A stretch of 64,000 nucleotides of DNA from an uncultured Candidatus Saccharibacteria bacterium (GTDB lineage Bacteria > Patescibacteriota > Minisyncoccia > Phycocordibacterales > CAIRYW01), in the NCBI GenBank assembly GCA_964577785.1, contig CAZOAK010000001.1, positions 22,398-86,397 on the forward strand, written 5' to 3'. Below the pieces are notes generated by a model. It was not told the DNA's origin. It did no database searches and saw nothing but the letters and a program-made list of their open reading frames with translations. Of the stretch, positions 18,860 through 27,217 are shown piece by piece. The translations under genes and the position numbers were made by a program. The number at the start of each line of letters is the position of its first letter. Within the stretch, counting starts at the first letter, position 1.

Positions 18860-20119
18860 TTAAAATATTTGCCACAAAACAGCGCCTGCGACAACAATCA
18901 TCAAAATTGTGGTAAACCAGCCCAAAAATTGCCCTACCCTACCGTTTTTATAGGGTCCCATAATACTAGAATTGCCTGCCAAAAGCATTATAAAGACCAA
19001 AGCAATGGGTGCAACAAGTGCATTGGCAACAGATGTGTATACCAAAGCTTTCATAGGATTCACTCCAAAGAAATTAAATAGTAATCCAAAGAGAACAGAG
19101 AGACCTATAATAAAATAAAACATTTTAGCATCCGAAGGTTTACGGTAGAGACCCTCCTTGTAGTCAAAGGTTTCAGTAAATATGTATGCTGAGGATGCGG
19201 CGAGTACCGGTATTGCCAAGAGTCCTGTACTTATAATTCCAAAGGCGAATAGTATGTATGAGAAATTACCAGCAAGAGGTCTCAGTGCTTCAGCTGCTTC
19301 TTTGGCACTTGTGATGTTTGTAATTCCTGCTTTAAACAGTGTTGAGGCACAAACGGTAATAATAAAAAACATAACGATATTAGAAAGAAACATTCCTCCC
19401 CAAACATCTATGCGCATTTGCTTCATGTTCTTCGGTCCATCTTCAATTCTAGACTCTACCGTCGTTTCTCCCTTACTTATTTCATCCTCAACCTCTTGCG
19501 ATGTTTGCCAGAAGAATAAATAAGGAGAAATAGTTGTTCCAAGTATGGCCGCAATTATAATCACACTATCTCTATTCCATTCAAATGAAGGTATGAAAGT
19601 ATTGTAAACCAACTCCGTCAAATCGAGATGGAGTATCAAACCGCAAAATATGTATGCCAAAAGTGACATTGCAAGCCATTTAAGATATCTCGCATATTTG
19701 TCATATGTCACAAATATTTCCAAGTAAACTGTGAGGAGGGAGATTATTAAGAGCGGAATCCAGAATGGTGATGCTGGAATAAACATGGTGACTACTTCTG
19801 CCATAGCCCCGAGATCTGCCCCAATATTTAAGGTGTTTGCAAGTATTACAAAGAATCCACAAAAATACAGCCACTTCTTTGAGAAGTTTAGACGGATATT
19901 CTCAGCGAGTCCGCGTCCTGTAACAAGAGCGATTCGCGCACAAATTTCTTGTACCACTCCCATAAGAATGAATGAGTAAGGGGCAAGCCAAAGAAATTTG
20001 AATCCAAACTGTGCTCCGGTTTGTGAATAAGTGGCAATCCCAGATGGGTCGTCATCAGCCGCTCCAGTTGTGACACCAGGACCAATCATTCCCCACCATT
20101 TTTTGATTTTATTAAGCAT
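18860..20119 (-). CDS. mntH: NRAMP-family divalent metal (Mn2+/Fe2+) transporter
   Basis: 'GPGVTTGAADDDPSGIATYSQTGAQFGF' Nramp signature; about 11 TM helices. Confidence 0.85.
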   Translation of the reverse strand: MLNKIKKWWGMIGPGVTTGAADDDPSGIATYSQTGAQFGFKFLWLAPYSFILMGVVQEICARIALVTGRGLAENIRLNFSKKWLYFCGFFVILANTLNIGADLGAMAEVVTMFIPASPFWIPLLIISLLTVYLEIFVTYDKYARYLKWLAMSLLAYIFCGLILHLDLTELVYNTFIPSFEWNRDSVIIIAAILGTTISPYLFFWQTSQEVEDEISKGETTVESRIEDGPKNMKQMRIDVWGGMFLSNIVMFFIITVCASTLFKAGITNITSAKEAAEALRPLAGNFSYILFAFGIISTGLLAIPVLAASSAYIFTETFDYKEGLYRKPSDAKMFYFIIGLSVLFGLLFNFFGVNPMKALVYTSVANALVAPIALVFIMLLAGNSSIMGPYKNGRVGQFLGWFTTILMIVVAGAVLWQIF

Positions 20120-20148
20120 GCCTTATTATAGCAAAGATTACATTTTAT

Positions 20149-20742
20149 TTATTTTTGCAGCCATGGAATCTTAAATTCTTTAAATTCAGGGAACATTGGT
20201 TTGTCATTAAATAATCTTGAGAAAGCTTCTACTTCCCATTTGGCACCGTTTATTGCAATATGAGGTTTTGGTTCTGTGGGTATACCCACATATTCCATTA
20301 TCTTATCTGAATCTAGGTCTGTTCTATGGTTTGCATGTGGCACAGCAAGTCCTCGCTTGTTCATGTGGAAATATACGATTGAGTGAAGGTCAATAACTCT
20401 TTTTGGAATTGAGATATTGATTCCTGCCCTTTCAGCGCCTGCGATGAGAAATGCTACATCGAAAGAAGGGTTTTGGCCAGCAACAGTGTGGTCATTTTTA
20501 TCCTTAATCCAATCTAAAAAATCTTTAACAATTTCTGCCTCACTTTGTTTAGATTTATCTAGCAGCTGTTCGTGTGTCATGCCATTCACCATCAGTGACT
20601 CTTCTTCAATTCTAGCTCCCTCAAAGATATAACACTCCTTGAAGAAAGTATCCTTAGGATTATCAAAATCAATTGCTCCAATAGATACCAATGAATGGTA
20701 TCGTGGATCTGTGCCTGAAGTTTCTACGTCAACGATTAGCAT
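20149..20742 (-). CDS. DEDDh 3'-5' exonuclease (DnaQ-like fold)
   Basis: 'LIVDVETSG' Exo I and 'HTVAGQNPSFDVAFL' Exo II-like motifs. Confidence 0.65.
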   Translation of the reverse strand: MLIVDVETSGTDPRYHSLVSIGAIDFDNPKDTFFKECYIFEGARIEEESLMVNGMTHEQLLDKSKQSEAEIVKDFLDWIKDKNDHTVAGQNPSFDVAFLIAGAERAGINISIPKRVIDLHSIVYFHMNKRGLAVPHANHRTDLDSDKIMEYVGIPTEPKPHIAINGAKWEVEAFSRLFNDKPMFPEFKEFKIPWLQK

Positions 20743-20865
20743 TTGGGTTCAGGAATTAAGTATTAAGAATTATGTATTAATTATAGATTAGAAAATGGAA
20801 TGTGGAAAGCAGGTTAAATAGTAACTATGTTGCAATTTAAGTTGAGTGTAAGATACGTTGACCAC

Positions 20866-21360
20866 CTACATCCCTTTACAATTACTCGCCTTCGCAAACC
20901 CTGCTTTCTCAGCTTCGAGAGCGCTTGCAAAAAATACTTTGTTTTTAGCCAAAATTCTTTCCGCTGAACCACACCAAGGGAGGTAGTATTTTGTTCCATT
21001 TTTGGATGCTACTACCTGCCCGCCATTGTTTGAGACTGCAGTCGATGGCAGGCGGGCCTGTCCGCCATCGGCCGAGTCAGCAGGCGACGACAGGCGGGCC
21101 TGCCCAGTGATAGTCTTATCCGAATTATCGATTTTGGTTAGTGGTACAGTATTCGAAGAGGTTTGTTTCGCGGATGTGTCTAGGGTGTTGTTTTCGAATG
21201 TTATATCACTGCTATCGCCTACCCCTTTTAATACGGAATATTTACCCAATAGGAATGAGGAGATTGCCACCGTAGCTATAATAATTGACACCCCTATCTC
21301 TTCTGGGTGTCTTATTATAAACAGCTTGATTTTGTTCAAATATCGGGTTATTATACTCAC
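20866..21360 (-). CDS. Membrane-anchored protein with a C-terminal Ada-type Zn-binding-like domain, interrupted by a GC-rich repeat insert
   Basis: N-terminal TM. C-terminus 'YYLPWCGSAERILAKNKVFFASALEAEKAGFAKASNC'. Internal 'GQARLSSPADSADGGQARLPST' is encoded by GC-rich tandem units. Confidence 0.45.
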   Translation of the reverse strand: MSIITRYLNKIKLFIIRHPEEIGVSIIIATVAISSFLLGKYSVLKGVGDSSDITFENNTLDTSAKQTSSNTVPLTKIDNSDKTITGQARLSSPADSADGGQARLPSTAVSNNGGQVVASKNGTKYYLPWCGSAERILAKNKVFFASALEAEKAGFAKASNCKGM

Positions 21361-21449
21361 TAAGTTAAGTTAGATCCTATAAGGTTACTTTTATGGTGTA
21401 TCTATTATAAACGAGAAAACAATTTTAAGATAATTATAATTTAAATCAT

Positions 21450-21725
21450 ATGGCAACCAAAAAAGCCGGCGGTACCGCCAAAAACCTGACAGATTCAAAT
21501 CCAAAGTTCCTTGGAGTGAAGCTGTCGGATGGAGAAACAGCAAAAATCGGGGACATCATAGTTCGCCAGAGAGGAACAGCAGTTATGGCGGGAAAGAATA
21601 TAGGTGTAGGAAAGGATCATACACTATTCGCACTTAAGCCAGGGATTGTAGAATTCAAAAACAAAAGAAAACTAAATTTTGATGGAACAAAGACTGTGAG
21701 AAAGATTGTTAACATTAAAGCTTAG
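21450..21725 (+). CDS. rpmA: 50S ribosomal protein L27
   Basis: '[21 protein letters not shown]...VRQRGT...GKDHTLFAL'. Confidence 0.9.
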   Translation: MATKKAGGTAKNLTDSNPKFLGVKLSDGETAKIGDIIVRQRGTAVMAGKNIGVGKDHTLFALKPGIVEFKNKRKLNFDGTKTVRKIVNIKA

Positions 21726-21767
21726 CAGGAAAGAAGCTTAGGGGCTTAGAAGGAAAACAAAATAAAA

Positions 21768-21798
21768 ACAGCACCGCGGCTTTGCCGCGGTGCTGTTT
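21768..21798. terminator. Palindromic terminator, family A (identical copy)
   Basis: Identical 31-nt sequence to 18108-18138. Confidence 0.8.
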
Positions 21799-21801
21799 TT
21801 G

Positions 21802-21839
21802 ATTGAATACTTGAAAATTGAGACTTGAATACTTCAATT
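21802..21839. repeat. Solo copy of the 33-nt element attgaatacttgaaaattg-N-gacttgaatactt
   Basis: Same element as the inverted pair flanking the four-helix-bundle gene (26777-26805, 27181-27213). Confidence 0.7.
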
Positions 21840-22281
21840 AAATTGCTTCAACAGTCAATTTAATAACTGCTTTCTTATCCCCCACCCTAACCACAAGATC
21901 ATGTGGTCCTGTTTCTTTGATATGTTTATCTAGTACAAGAAAATCAGGATGGATATCTGCGCCAATAGATTTTTTGATTGCTTCAATAATCTCGTTCGCA
22001 TGGAGTTGTGCGAACAGGTGACCTTTACTATTAGCTTTGGCTTTTATAACAACCTCTTTCTCGTTAATTTGAGCTAGATTTTTGATCAACAAATCTTCTT
22101 GTATTTTCTTTTCAGCAAGCATTATTGTTTTGAGGCTCTCAATCTTTTTTATCTCAGAATCTGTTGCAATTTTTGCAGATCCTTGCGGTATTAGATGGTT
22201 TAGAGCAAACCCATCAGCCACATTTTTGATATCAAATTTTCTTCCAATTTTCGCAACGTCTTTAAGTAGTATTACTTTCAT
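21838..22281 (-). CDS. rplI: 50S ribosomal protein L9
   Basis: 'MKVILLKDVAKIGRKFDIKNVADGFALNHLIP'. Confidence 0.85.
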   Translation of the reverse strand: MKVILLKDVAKIGRKFDIKNVADGFALNHLIPQGSAKIATDSEIKKIESLKTIMLAEKKIQEDLLIKNLAQINEKEVVIKAKANSKGHLFAQLHANEIIEAIKKSIGADIHPDFLVLDKHIKETGPHDLVVRVGDKKAVIKLTVEAI

Positions 22282-22292
22282 TTCGATTATAT

Positions 22293-23516
22293 TTAATTTT
22301 TCTTTGCTAATTCTAACGCTTTGTCTAACTGAGGATCTTTTTTTGCAGCAATATCCTCTGGTGTTAACTCAACGATGTGATCCGGTACAATCCCGTTATG
22401 AGATATTGAAGTTCCTTTCGGTGTTAGCCATCTTGCGATTGTAACCTTTAACATTGAATCGTCTGTAAGTGGTATTAATTCTTGTACAGATCCTTTACCG
22501 TAAGTTTTTGTTCCAACAAGGACTGCTTTGTCATAATCCCTCAAGGCACCAGCAAATATTTCCGATGCAGATGCAGAATTTTCATTTACCAACATCACTA
22601 TTTTTACATTGTTGTTAAATAGGTTGTATCCTTTACTTCTATATGATTTAGGATCCTCTTTTTTACCAAAATCTTCAGTCACAATTACTTTACCTGTTCC
22701 TAAAAACCAACTTGATATATCAACAGCTGCTTCTAGGTATCCTCCTGTATTATTTCGGAGGTCTATTATTAGTTTTGAGTCTTTGTTATCAACGAATTCT
22801 CTGAGTGCAGATCTAAATAGTTCAGGAGAATTAGATGTGAAGCTTGTAAGCTTGATGAGGAAAACACCATCCTCTAATCTCTCTGTCTCAATAACTGGTA
22901 CAGTCACGGAGTCTCTCTTTATGGCCATCTCAACTTTAGACTTACTACTTCCTCTAACAATAACTAAATTTACTATTGTCCCCTTTTTTCCTCTAATTAG
23001 AGACACGGCCTCATCAATATCAATTCCTGACATATTTTTTCCATTAACCTCTGTTATGATATCTCCCTCTGTAACACCATTTTTTTCTGCTGGGGAATTT
23101 TTAATTACCGAAGTTACTGTTAAAACACCTGTTTTCATTGAAAGTACTGCTCCAATTCCATCCACACTACCTGATAGGTCGGTGTTGAAGCTTTTTGTTT
23201 CCTCTGGTGGAAGATATGTTGTGTATGGATCACCCAATGACTCAGCCAATCCCTTAATTGCTCCATAGATTTTATCTTGCTCGCTAGTTGTTGTAGCCGT
23301 ATCAATGTATCTATCTTCTAGTATGTCCCACGCTTTCCAAAAGGCTGACATGTCGATACTATTTCGGTCACTTGTTAAATTATTTGTATAGGTACTTGCA
23401 ATTGCTGTTTTGTTTGCGTCAACATATAGTCCAGCAAAAAAAGAAACTGTTACTAAAAAAGTGGTTCCTACTATAATTCCAGCTCTTTTCCCCAAGTTTT
23501 TTATTGTTTGATTCAT
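22293..23516 (-). CDS. ctpA: S41 carboxyl-terminal processing protease with a PDZ domain
   Basis: N-terminal TM, a PDZ ('GDIITEVNGKNMSGIDIDEAVSLIRGKKGT') and the S41 catalytic region 'LVNENSASASEIFAGALRD'. Confidence 0.85.
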   Translation of the reverse strand: MNQTIKNLGKRAGIIVGTTFLVTVSFFAGLYVDANKTAIASTYTNNLTSDRNSIDMSAFWKAWDILEDRYIDTATTTSEQDKIYGAIKGLAESLGDPYTTYLPPEETKSFNTDLSGSVDGIGAVLSMKTGVLTVTSVIKNSPAEKNGVTEGDIITEVNGKNMSGIDIDEAVSLIRGKKGTIVNLVIVRGSSKSKVEMAIKRDSVTVPVIETERLEDGVFLIKLTSFTSNSPELFRSALREFVDNKDSKLIIDLRNNTGGYLEAAVDISSWFLGTGKVIVTEDFGKKEDPKSYRSKGYNLFNNNVKIVMLVNENSASASEIFAGALRDYDKAVLVGTKTYGKGSVQELIPLTDDSMLKVTIARWLTPKGTSISHNGIVPDHIVELTPEDIAAKKDPQLDKALELAKKN

Positions 23517-23596
23517 TAGGCAATTATGTCAAAAAAAACGTGCCTGTGCAACTTATTCAAATAATAGTATAATTCTCTTTATCTACAGAAACTTGT

Positions 23597-25072
23597 ATGA
23601 CAATACATCTATACAACACATTAGGTAAAACTAAGCAAGAATTCAAACCGATAAACGAATCTGAGGTTCGTTTGTATTCTTGTGGACCGACTGTCTATTA
23701 TGATGCTCATATTGGCAATTTACGCGCTTATGTGTTTGTTGATATATTGAAAAGAACTCTCAAATACAATGGGTACAAAGTTAAGCATATTATGAATGTG
23801 ACAGATATTGGGCACCTGACGAGTGATGCAGATGATGGTGAGGATAAAATGGTCAAAGCACTCAAACGAGAAGGTAAAGAAATGACTTTAGAAAATATGC
23901 GTGGAGTTGCTGACTTCTATTTTGAAAAATTTAAAGTAGATCTAGAAAAACTAAATATAGAATTCCCAGATAAATTCCCTTTTGCAAGTGATCATATTAA
24001 AGAAAGTGCTGGCATGATTTCTGTTTTAATTCAGAAGGGATTTGCTTACCAAACTAGTGATGGAATATATTTTGATACTTCAAAAGACGAGAATTATGGC
24101 AAACTTGGTGGAATTTCAAGCGACAATGACCACTCTCGAATCGAACAGAATACTGAAAAGAAAGATTACAGAGATTTTGCGTTGTGGAAATTCACCCGCC
24201 TGTCACCCGCCCGACATGCCTCAGACGGCAAGTCTTTGGCGGACGGGTCGCCTGCAGGCTCAGTCAATGGCGGACAGGGTGACGAAAGTGGGCTTGGATT
24301 TGATGCTTCGTTCGGTAAAGGCTTTCCTGGATGGCATATAGAGTGTTCAGCAATGAGTGAAAAATATCTCGGTGTGCCTTTTGATATTCATACAGGAGGG
24401 ATTGATCATATACCCGTTCATCATAATAATGAGATTGCCCAGACAGAGTGTTCCACAGGTAAAACTATGGCGAATTTTTGGATGCATAATGCTCATGTGA
24501 CCATAGGTACGGACAAAATGGCAAAATCCGGCGAAAATTTTATAACTTTAAAAACTCTAGGTGAAAACGGGATCCATTCTCTCGCCTATCGTTACTGGCT
24601 TTTGACTTCTAGATATTCCACGAGAGTGGACTATTCATTAGAAGCGATCAAAGCTTCTCAGACTGCATATGAAAAATTACAATCATATTTTAATACTTTA
24701 GAAAATAATGGTAGTCAGACTACCGTAGATAAAGGGTACGGCGATAGATTTGTTGAAGCAATAAATGATGATTTGGATACCCCAAAAGCTTTGGCTCTGG
24801 TTTGGGAATTGGTGAAGGATTCTAATATAGGTGATGCTGAGAAAAGAGCAATCTTGCTAGATTTTGATAAAGTTTTAGGACTCATGTTTGGGTCAGTGGT
24901 TAAAGAAGAAATAGTGGTTCCAGAAGATGTAAAGAGGCTCCTAGAGGTGCGTTTAAAGGCGCGCAGTGAAAAGAATTGGGCGGAATCAGACAGAATTCGA
25001 GATCAAATAAAATCTCTTGGATTTGAGGTAAAGGACGTCGGAGACATTCAAGAGTTGACAAAATCAATATAA
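23597..25072 (+). CDS. cysS: Cysteinyl-tRNA synthetase carrying an in-frame GC-rich insert of about 25 aa
   Basis: 'HIGNLRAYVFVD' (HIGH), 'KMAKSGENF' (KMSKS), the 'GWHIECSAM' zinc site, and a C-terminal DALR region. The insert 24190-24285 encodes 'SPARHASDGKSLADGSPAGSVNGGQGDESG' between FALWK and GWHIECS. Confidence 0.9.
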   Translation: MTIHLYNTLGKTKQEFKPINESEVRLYSCGPTVYYDAHIGNLRAYVFVDILKRTLKYNGYKVKHIMNVTDIGHLTSDADDGEDKMVKALKREGKEMTLENMRGVADFYFEKFKVDLEKLNIEFPDKFPFASDHIKESAGMISVLIQKGFAYQTSDGIYFDTSKDENYGKLGGISSDNDHSRIEQNTEKKDYRDFALWKFTRLSPARHASDGKSLADGSPAGSVNGGQGDESGLGFDASFGKGFPGWHIECSAMSEKYLGVPFDIHTGGIDHIPVHHNNEIAQTECSTGKTMANFWMHNAHVTIGTDKMAKSGENFITLKTLGENGIHSLAYRYWLLTSRYSTRVDYSLEAIKASQTAYEKLQSYFNTLENNGSQTTVDKGYGDRFVEAINDDLDTPKALALVWELVKDSNIGDAEKRAILLDFDKVLGLMFGSVVKEEIVVPEDVKRLLEVRLKARSEKNWAESDRIRDQIKSLGFEVKDVGDIQELTKSI

Positions 25073-25377
25073 TCAGTTAAAATGTTGGCTAGTGAATAAA
25101 TGGTTCACACACGTAGTGCTGTGAGGTCTCCAAGGAGGGTTGTTGTTGGTTGCGTCATGGGACGTGAGCCTAGGTATTGTTACCTCTTAGGATAGATCTT
25201 AACCTGCGTGTGTGGACCACCATACGATCTTTTTTCTCTGTACTTGTAGTACTCATATTGTGTTCGGTTCGAATCATTGAGTAAGAAAACTCTGATTTGA
25301 TTAAAAATGTGGTGTGGTAATATAAATCCACACACATCATGAGACACATAACTGTAAGGATCAGAGAAATTTAAAAT

Positions 25378-25403
25378 GGTACAAGGGAACTCCACCTTGT
25401 ACC
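25378..25403 (+). terminator. Terminator hairpin (ggtacaaggg-aactcca-ccttgtacc plus T-rich run) after cysS
   Basis: 10-bp stem followed by attttcgtttt. Confidence 0.6.
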
Positions 25404-25414
25404 ATTTTCGTTTT

Positions 25415-25454
25415 ATCCAGCACTAAATTTTTTCAAGAAAATTTAGTGCTGGAT
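25415..25454. repeat. Palindromic repeat element, family B (second copy)
   Basis: atccagcactaaatttt-ttcaag-aaaatttagtgctggat. Arms identical to 3944-3985. Confidence 0.7.
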
Positions 25455-26147
25455 TTATTTTTTATGATTTAGATTTAGAAATTGTTCAGCCAAGACTAAG
25501 TCTTCTGGTGCAGTTATTTGGAGCCAGAAGTTTGCTGTAACAGCTTTTATTGACACATCACTTTTCATTGAAAGAATTGTCTGGGGTAGACCATATTCCC
25601 CACCCGGGATTTGTACCATTTCATAACCAAAATATTTTGGGGTGAGTGAATACATTCCGGCACATACGAACCCTGCTATATCTTCTGGGTATTTTTCGAT
25701 AATATCTTTTATTACTCCGTCATTATCAAAAATAACTTTGGCCTTACCTTTTAAACTTTCTGTTTCTCTAATTAGAATTGAATAATCCTCCCTAATACAA
25801 CTCTCCATGTCTTCCTTTGAATAAATATCATCACCCATCATGACTAGGAATTTTTCTTCGTTTAGAAGTTTGTCTTTACATACACTTAAAGAATGGGCAG
25901 TCCCTAGTAGTTCTTCTTGTAGAATGTAGGTAATTTTGAGTCTGCCATATTTATCTCCCAATACTTCAGTAATTTTATCCTTCAAATAACCAACAACAAT
26001 TATTACTTCAGTAATAATTTCGGGCATCATATCAAGCTTATGTTCAATAAGAGTCTTACCCAACACCTTTAGCATTGGTTTTGGAGTTGTGATAGATAAT
26101 TCACCCATACGAGTTCCCTTCCCGGCGGCTAGTATAACTGCAATCAT
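25455..26147 (-). CDS. Sugar-phosphate nucleotidyltransferase (NTP-transferase family)
   Basis: 'MIAVILAAGKGTRMGELSITTPKPMLKV' matches the G-x-G-T-R-x motif. Confidence 0.7.
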   Translation of the reverse strand: MIAVILAAGKGTRMGELSITTPKPMLKVLGKTLIEHKLDMMPEIITEVIIVVGYLKDKITEVLGDKYGRLKITYILQEELLGTAHSLSVCKDKLLNEEKFLVMMGDDIYSKEDMESCIREDYSILIRETESLKGKAKVIFDNDGVIKDIIEKYPEDIAGFVCAGMYSLTPKYFGYEMVQIPGGEYGLPQTILSMKSDVSIKAVTANFWLQITAPEDLVLAEQFLNLNHKK

Positions 26148-26149
26148 GT

Positions 26150-26758
26150 TTAGTTTGTTGATTTATTTTTTAATGCTTCCTTAATCGTATCGATATCGGA
26201 GTATTCTATTTCAAGTCCGGTAGAAAGTCCACGCCCGAGCCGAGAGACCCTTATTTCAGAATTTACTTCCTTTATTATTTTCTCAATTATGTCAGATGTA
26301 TTCTCGCCTTCGTGGGTTGCCGAAAGCGCCAATATTACTTCAGTTAGATTTTTGCTGTTCTCTATTTTTGATTTTAGTTGGTTAAGTCTGACTCTTTTTT
26401 CAGGAACTTTTTCTAGAATTGGCACAAGTCCTCCAAGAATAAAATATTTACCAGAAAACACTCCACTCTTTTCTACGGCAATAAGATCGTTATCTTTGGC
26501 CACAAGCATAAGTGTTAAATCATCTCTGTTTGGGTTACTACAAATTGAACAAATCGAGAGATTATTTTTCTTTGCAAAATACCTCATGCATTCTGTACAT
26601 TGAGTAACATCTCTTTTAAGTGTCGTGAGGAGTGATTTTAATTCCTCTAAATAATTCTGATCTCGTCCCAACAAATAATAAGCAAACCTCTCCGCCTGGC
26701 GAGGACCTATTCCTGGGAAATGACCAAATATTTCTTTTAATTTCTCAAATGAGTCCAT
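26150..26758 (-). CDS. recR: Recombination protein RecR
   Basis: 'FPGIGPRQAERFAYYLL' HhH, a C4 zinc finger 'CTEC...CSIC', and a Toprim domain. Confidence 0.9.
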   Translation of the reverse strand: MDSFEKLKEIFGHFPGIGPRQAERFAYYLLGRDQNYLEELKSLLTTLKRDVTQCTECMRYFAKKNNLSICSICSNPNRDDLTLMLVAKDNDLIAVEKSGVFSGKYFILGGLVPILEKVPEKRVRLNQLKSKIENSKNLTEVILALSATHEGENTSDIIEKIIKEVNSEIRVSRLGRGLSTGLEIEYSDIDTIKEALKNKSTN

Positions 26759-26776
26759 ATGCGCTTCGCTTAATTA

Positions 26777-26805
26777 TTCAAGTTTCAATTTTCAAGTATT
26801 CAATA
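26777..26805. repeat. 33-nt element, left copy, in inverse orientation
   Basis: Its reverse complement reads attgaatacttgaaaattgaaacttgaat. Confidence 0.7.
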
Positions 26806-26813
26806 AATACGAA

Positions 26814-27173
26814 TTAATTGTTTTTTGAAGTGTGAATAATTTTAGAAAATATTAATAATAATTCGTGACATTCTGTAAATAATACACTGAAATCCGAATC
26901 CAATTCTGGATGAGCAGTCTTTAACAATTCTATCCAGTGTTCAGTTTCCTTAATTTCCTTCTTGGCTATCAATATTTTGTGTATAAAATCTTTCTTACTC
27001 TCGGCTTCAATAGCTTCACAATAATTTGCACCAATTGATCCTGAAGATCCTACTAACTGACTAATTAACCTCCTATTAATTGAATCCTCCCTCAATCTTT
27101 TTAACAACACTATAATATTCTTTGCAAAATTTCTAGTCCTTTCGCTCAAATCAAATTTATTGTTATTTTGCAT
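26814..27173 (-). CDS. Four-helix-bundle protein ('23S rRNA intervening-sequence protein' family)
   Basis: 'IGANYCEAIEAESKKDFIHKILIAKKEIKETEHWIELL' is typical of PF05635-type proteins. Confidence 0.75.
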   Translation of the reverse strand: MQNNNKFDLSERTRNFAKNIIVLLKRLREDSINRRLISQLVGSSGSIGANYCEAIEAESKKDFIHKILIAKKEIKETEHWIELLKTAHPELDSDFSVLFTECHELLLIFSKIIHTSKNN

Positions 27174-27180
27174 TTATATT

Positions 27181-27213
27181 ATTGAATACTTGAAAATTGT
27201 GACTTGAATACTT
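27181..27213. repeat. 33-nt element, right copy
   Basis: attgaatacttgaaaattgtgacttgaatactt. Confidence 0.7.
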
Positions 27214-27217
27214 GGGC

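Noticed and set aside
25268-25290. 'ggttcgaatc' resembles a tRNA T-arm
   Set aside because: The flanking bases cannot form the T-stem, acceptor stem or anticodon arm. No tRNA is called in this window.
25180-25395. 71-aa basic ORF in the cysS downstream intergenic region
   Set aside because: Its start codon lies inside a terminator hairpin, there is no RBS, and no homology was found.
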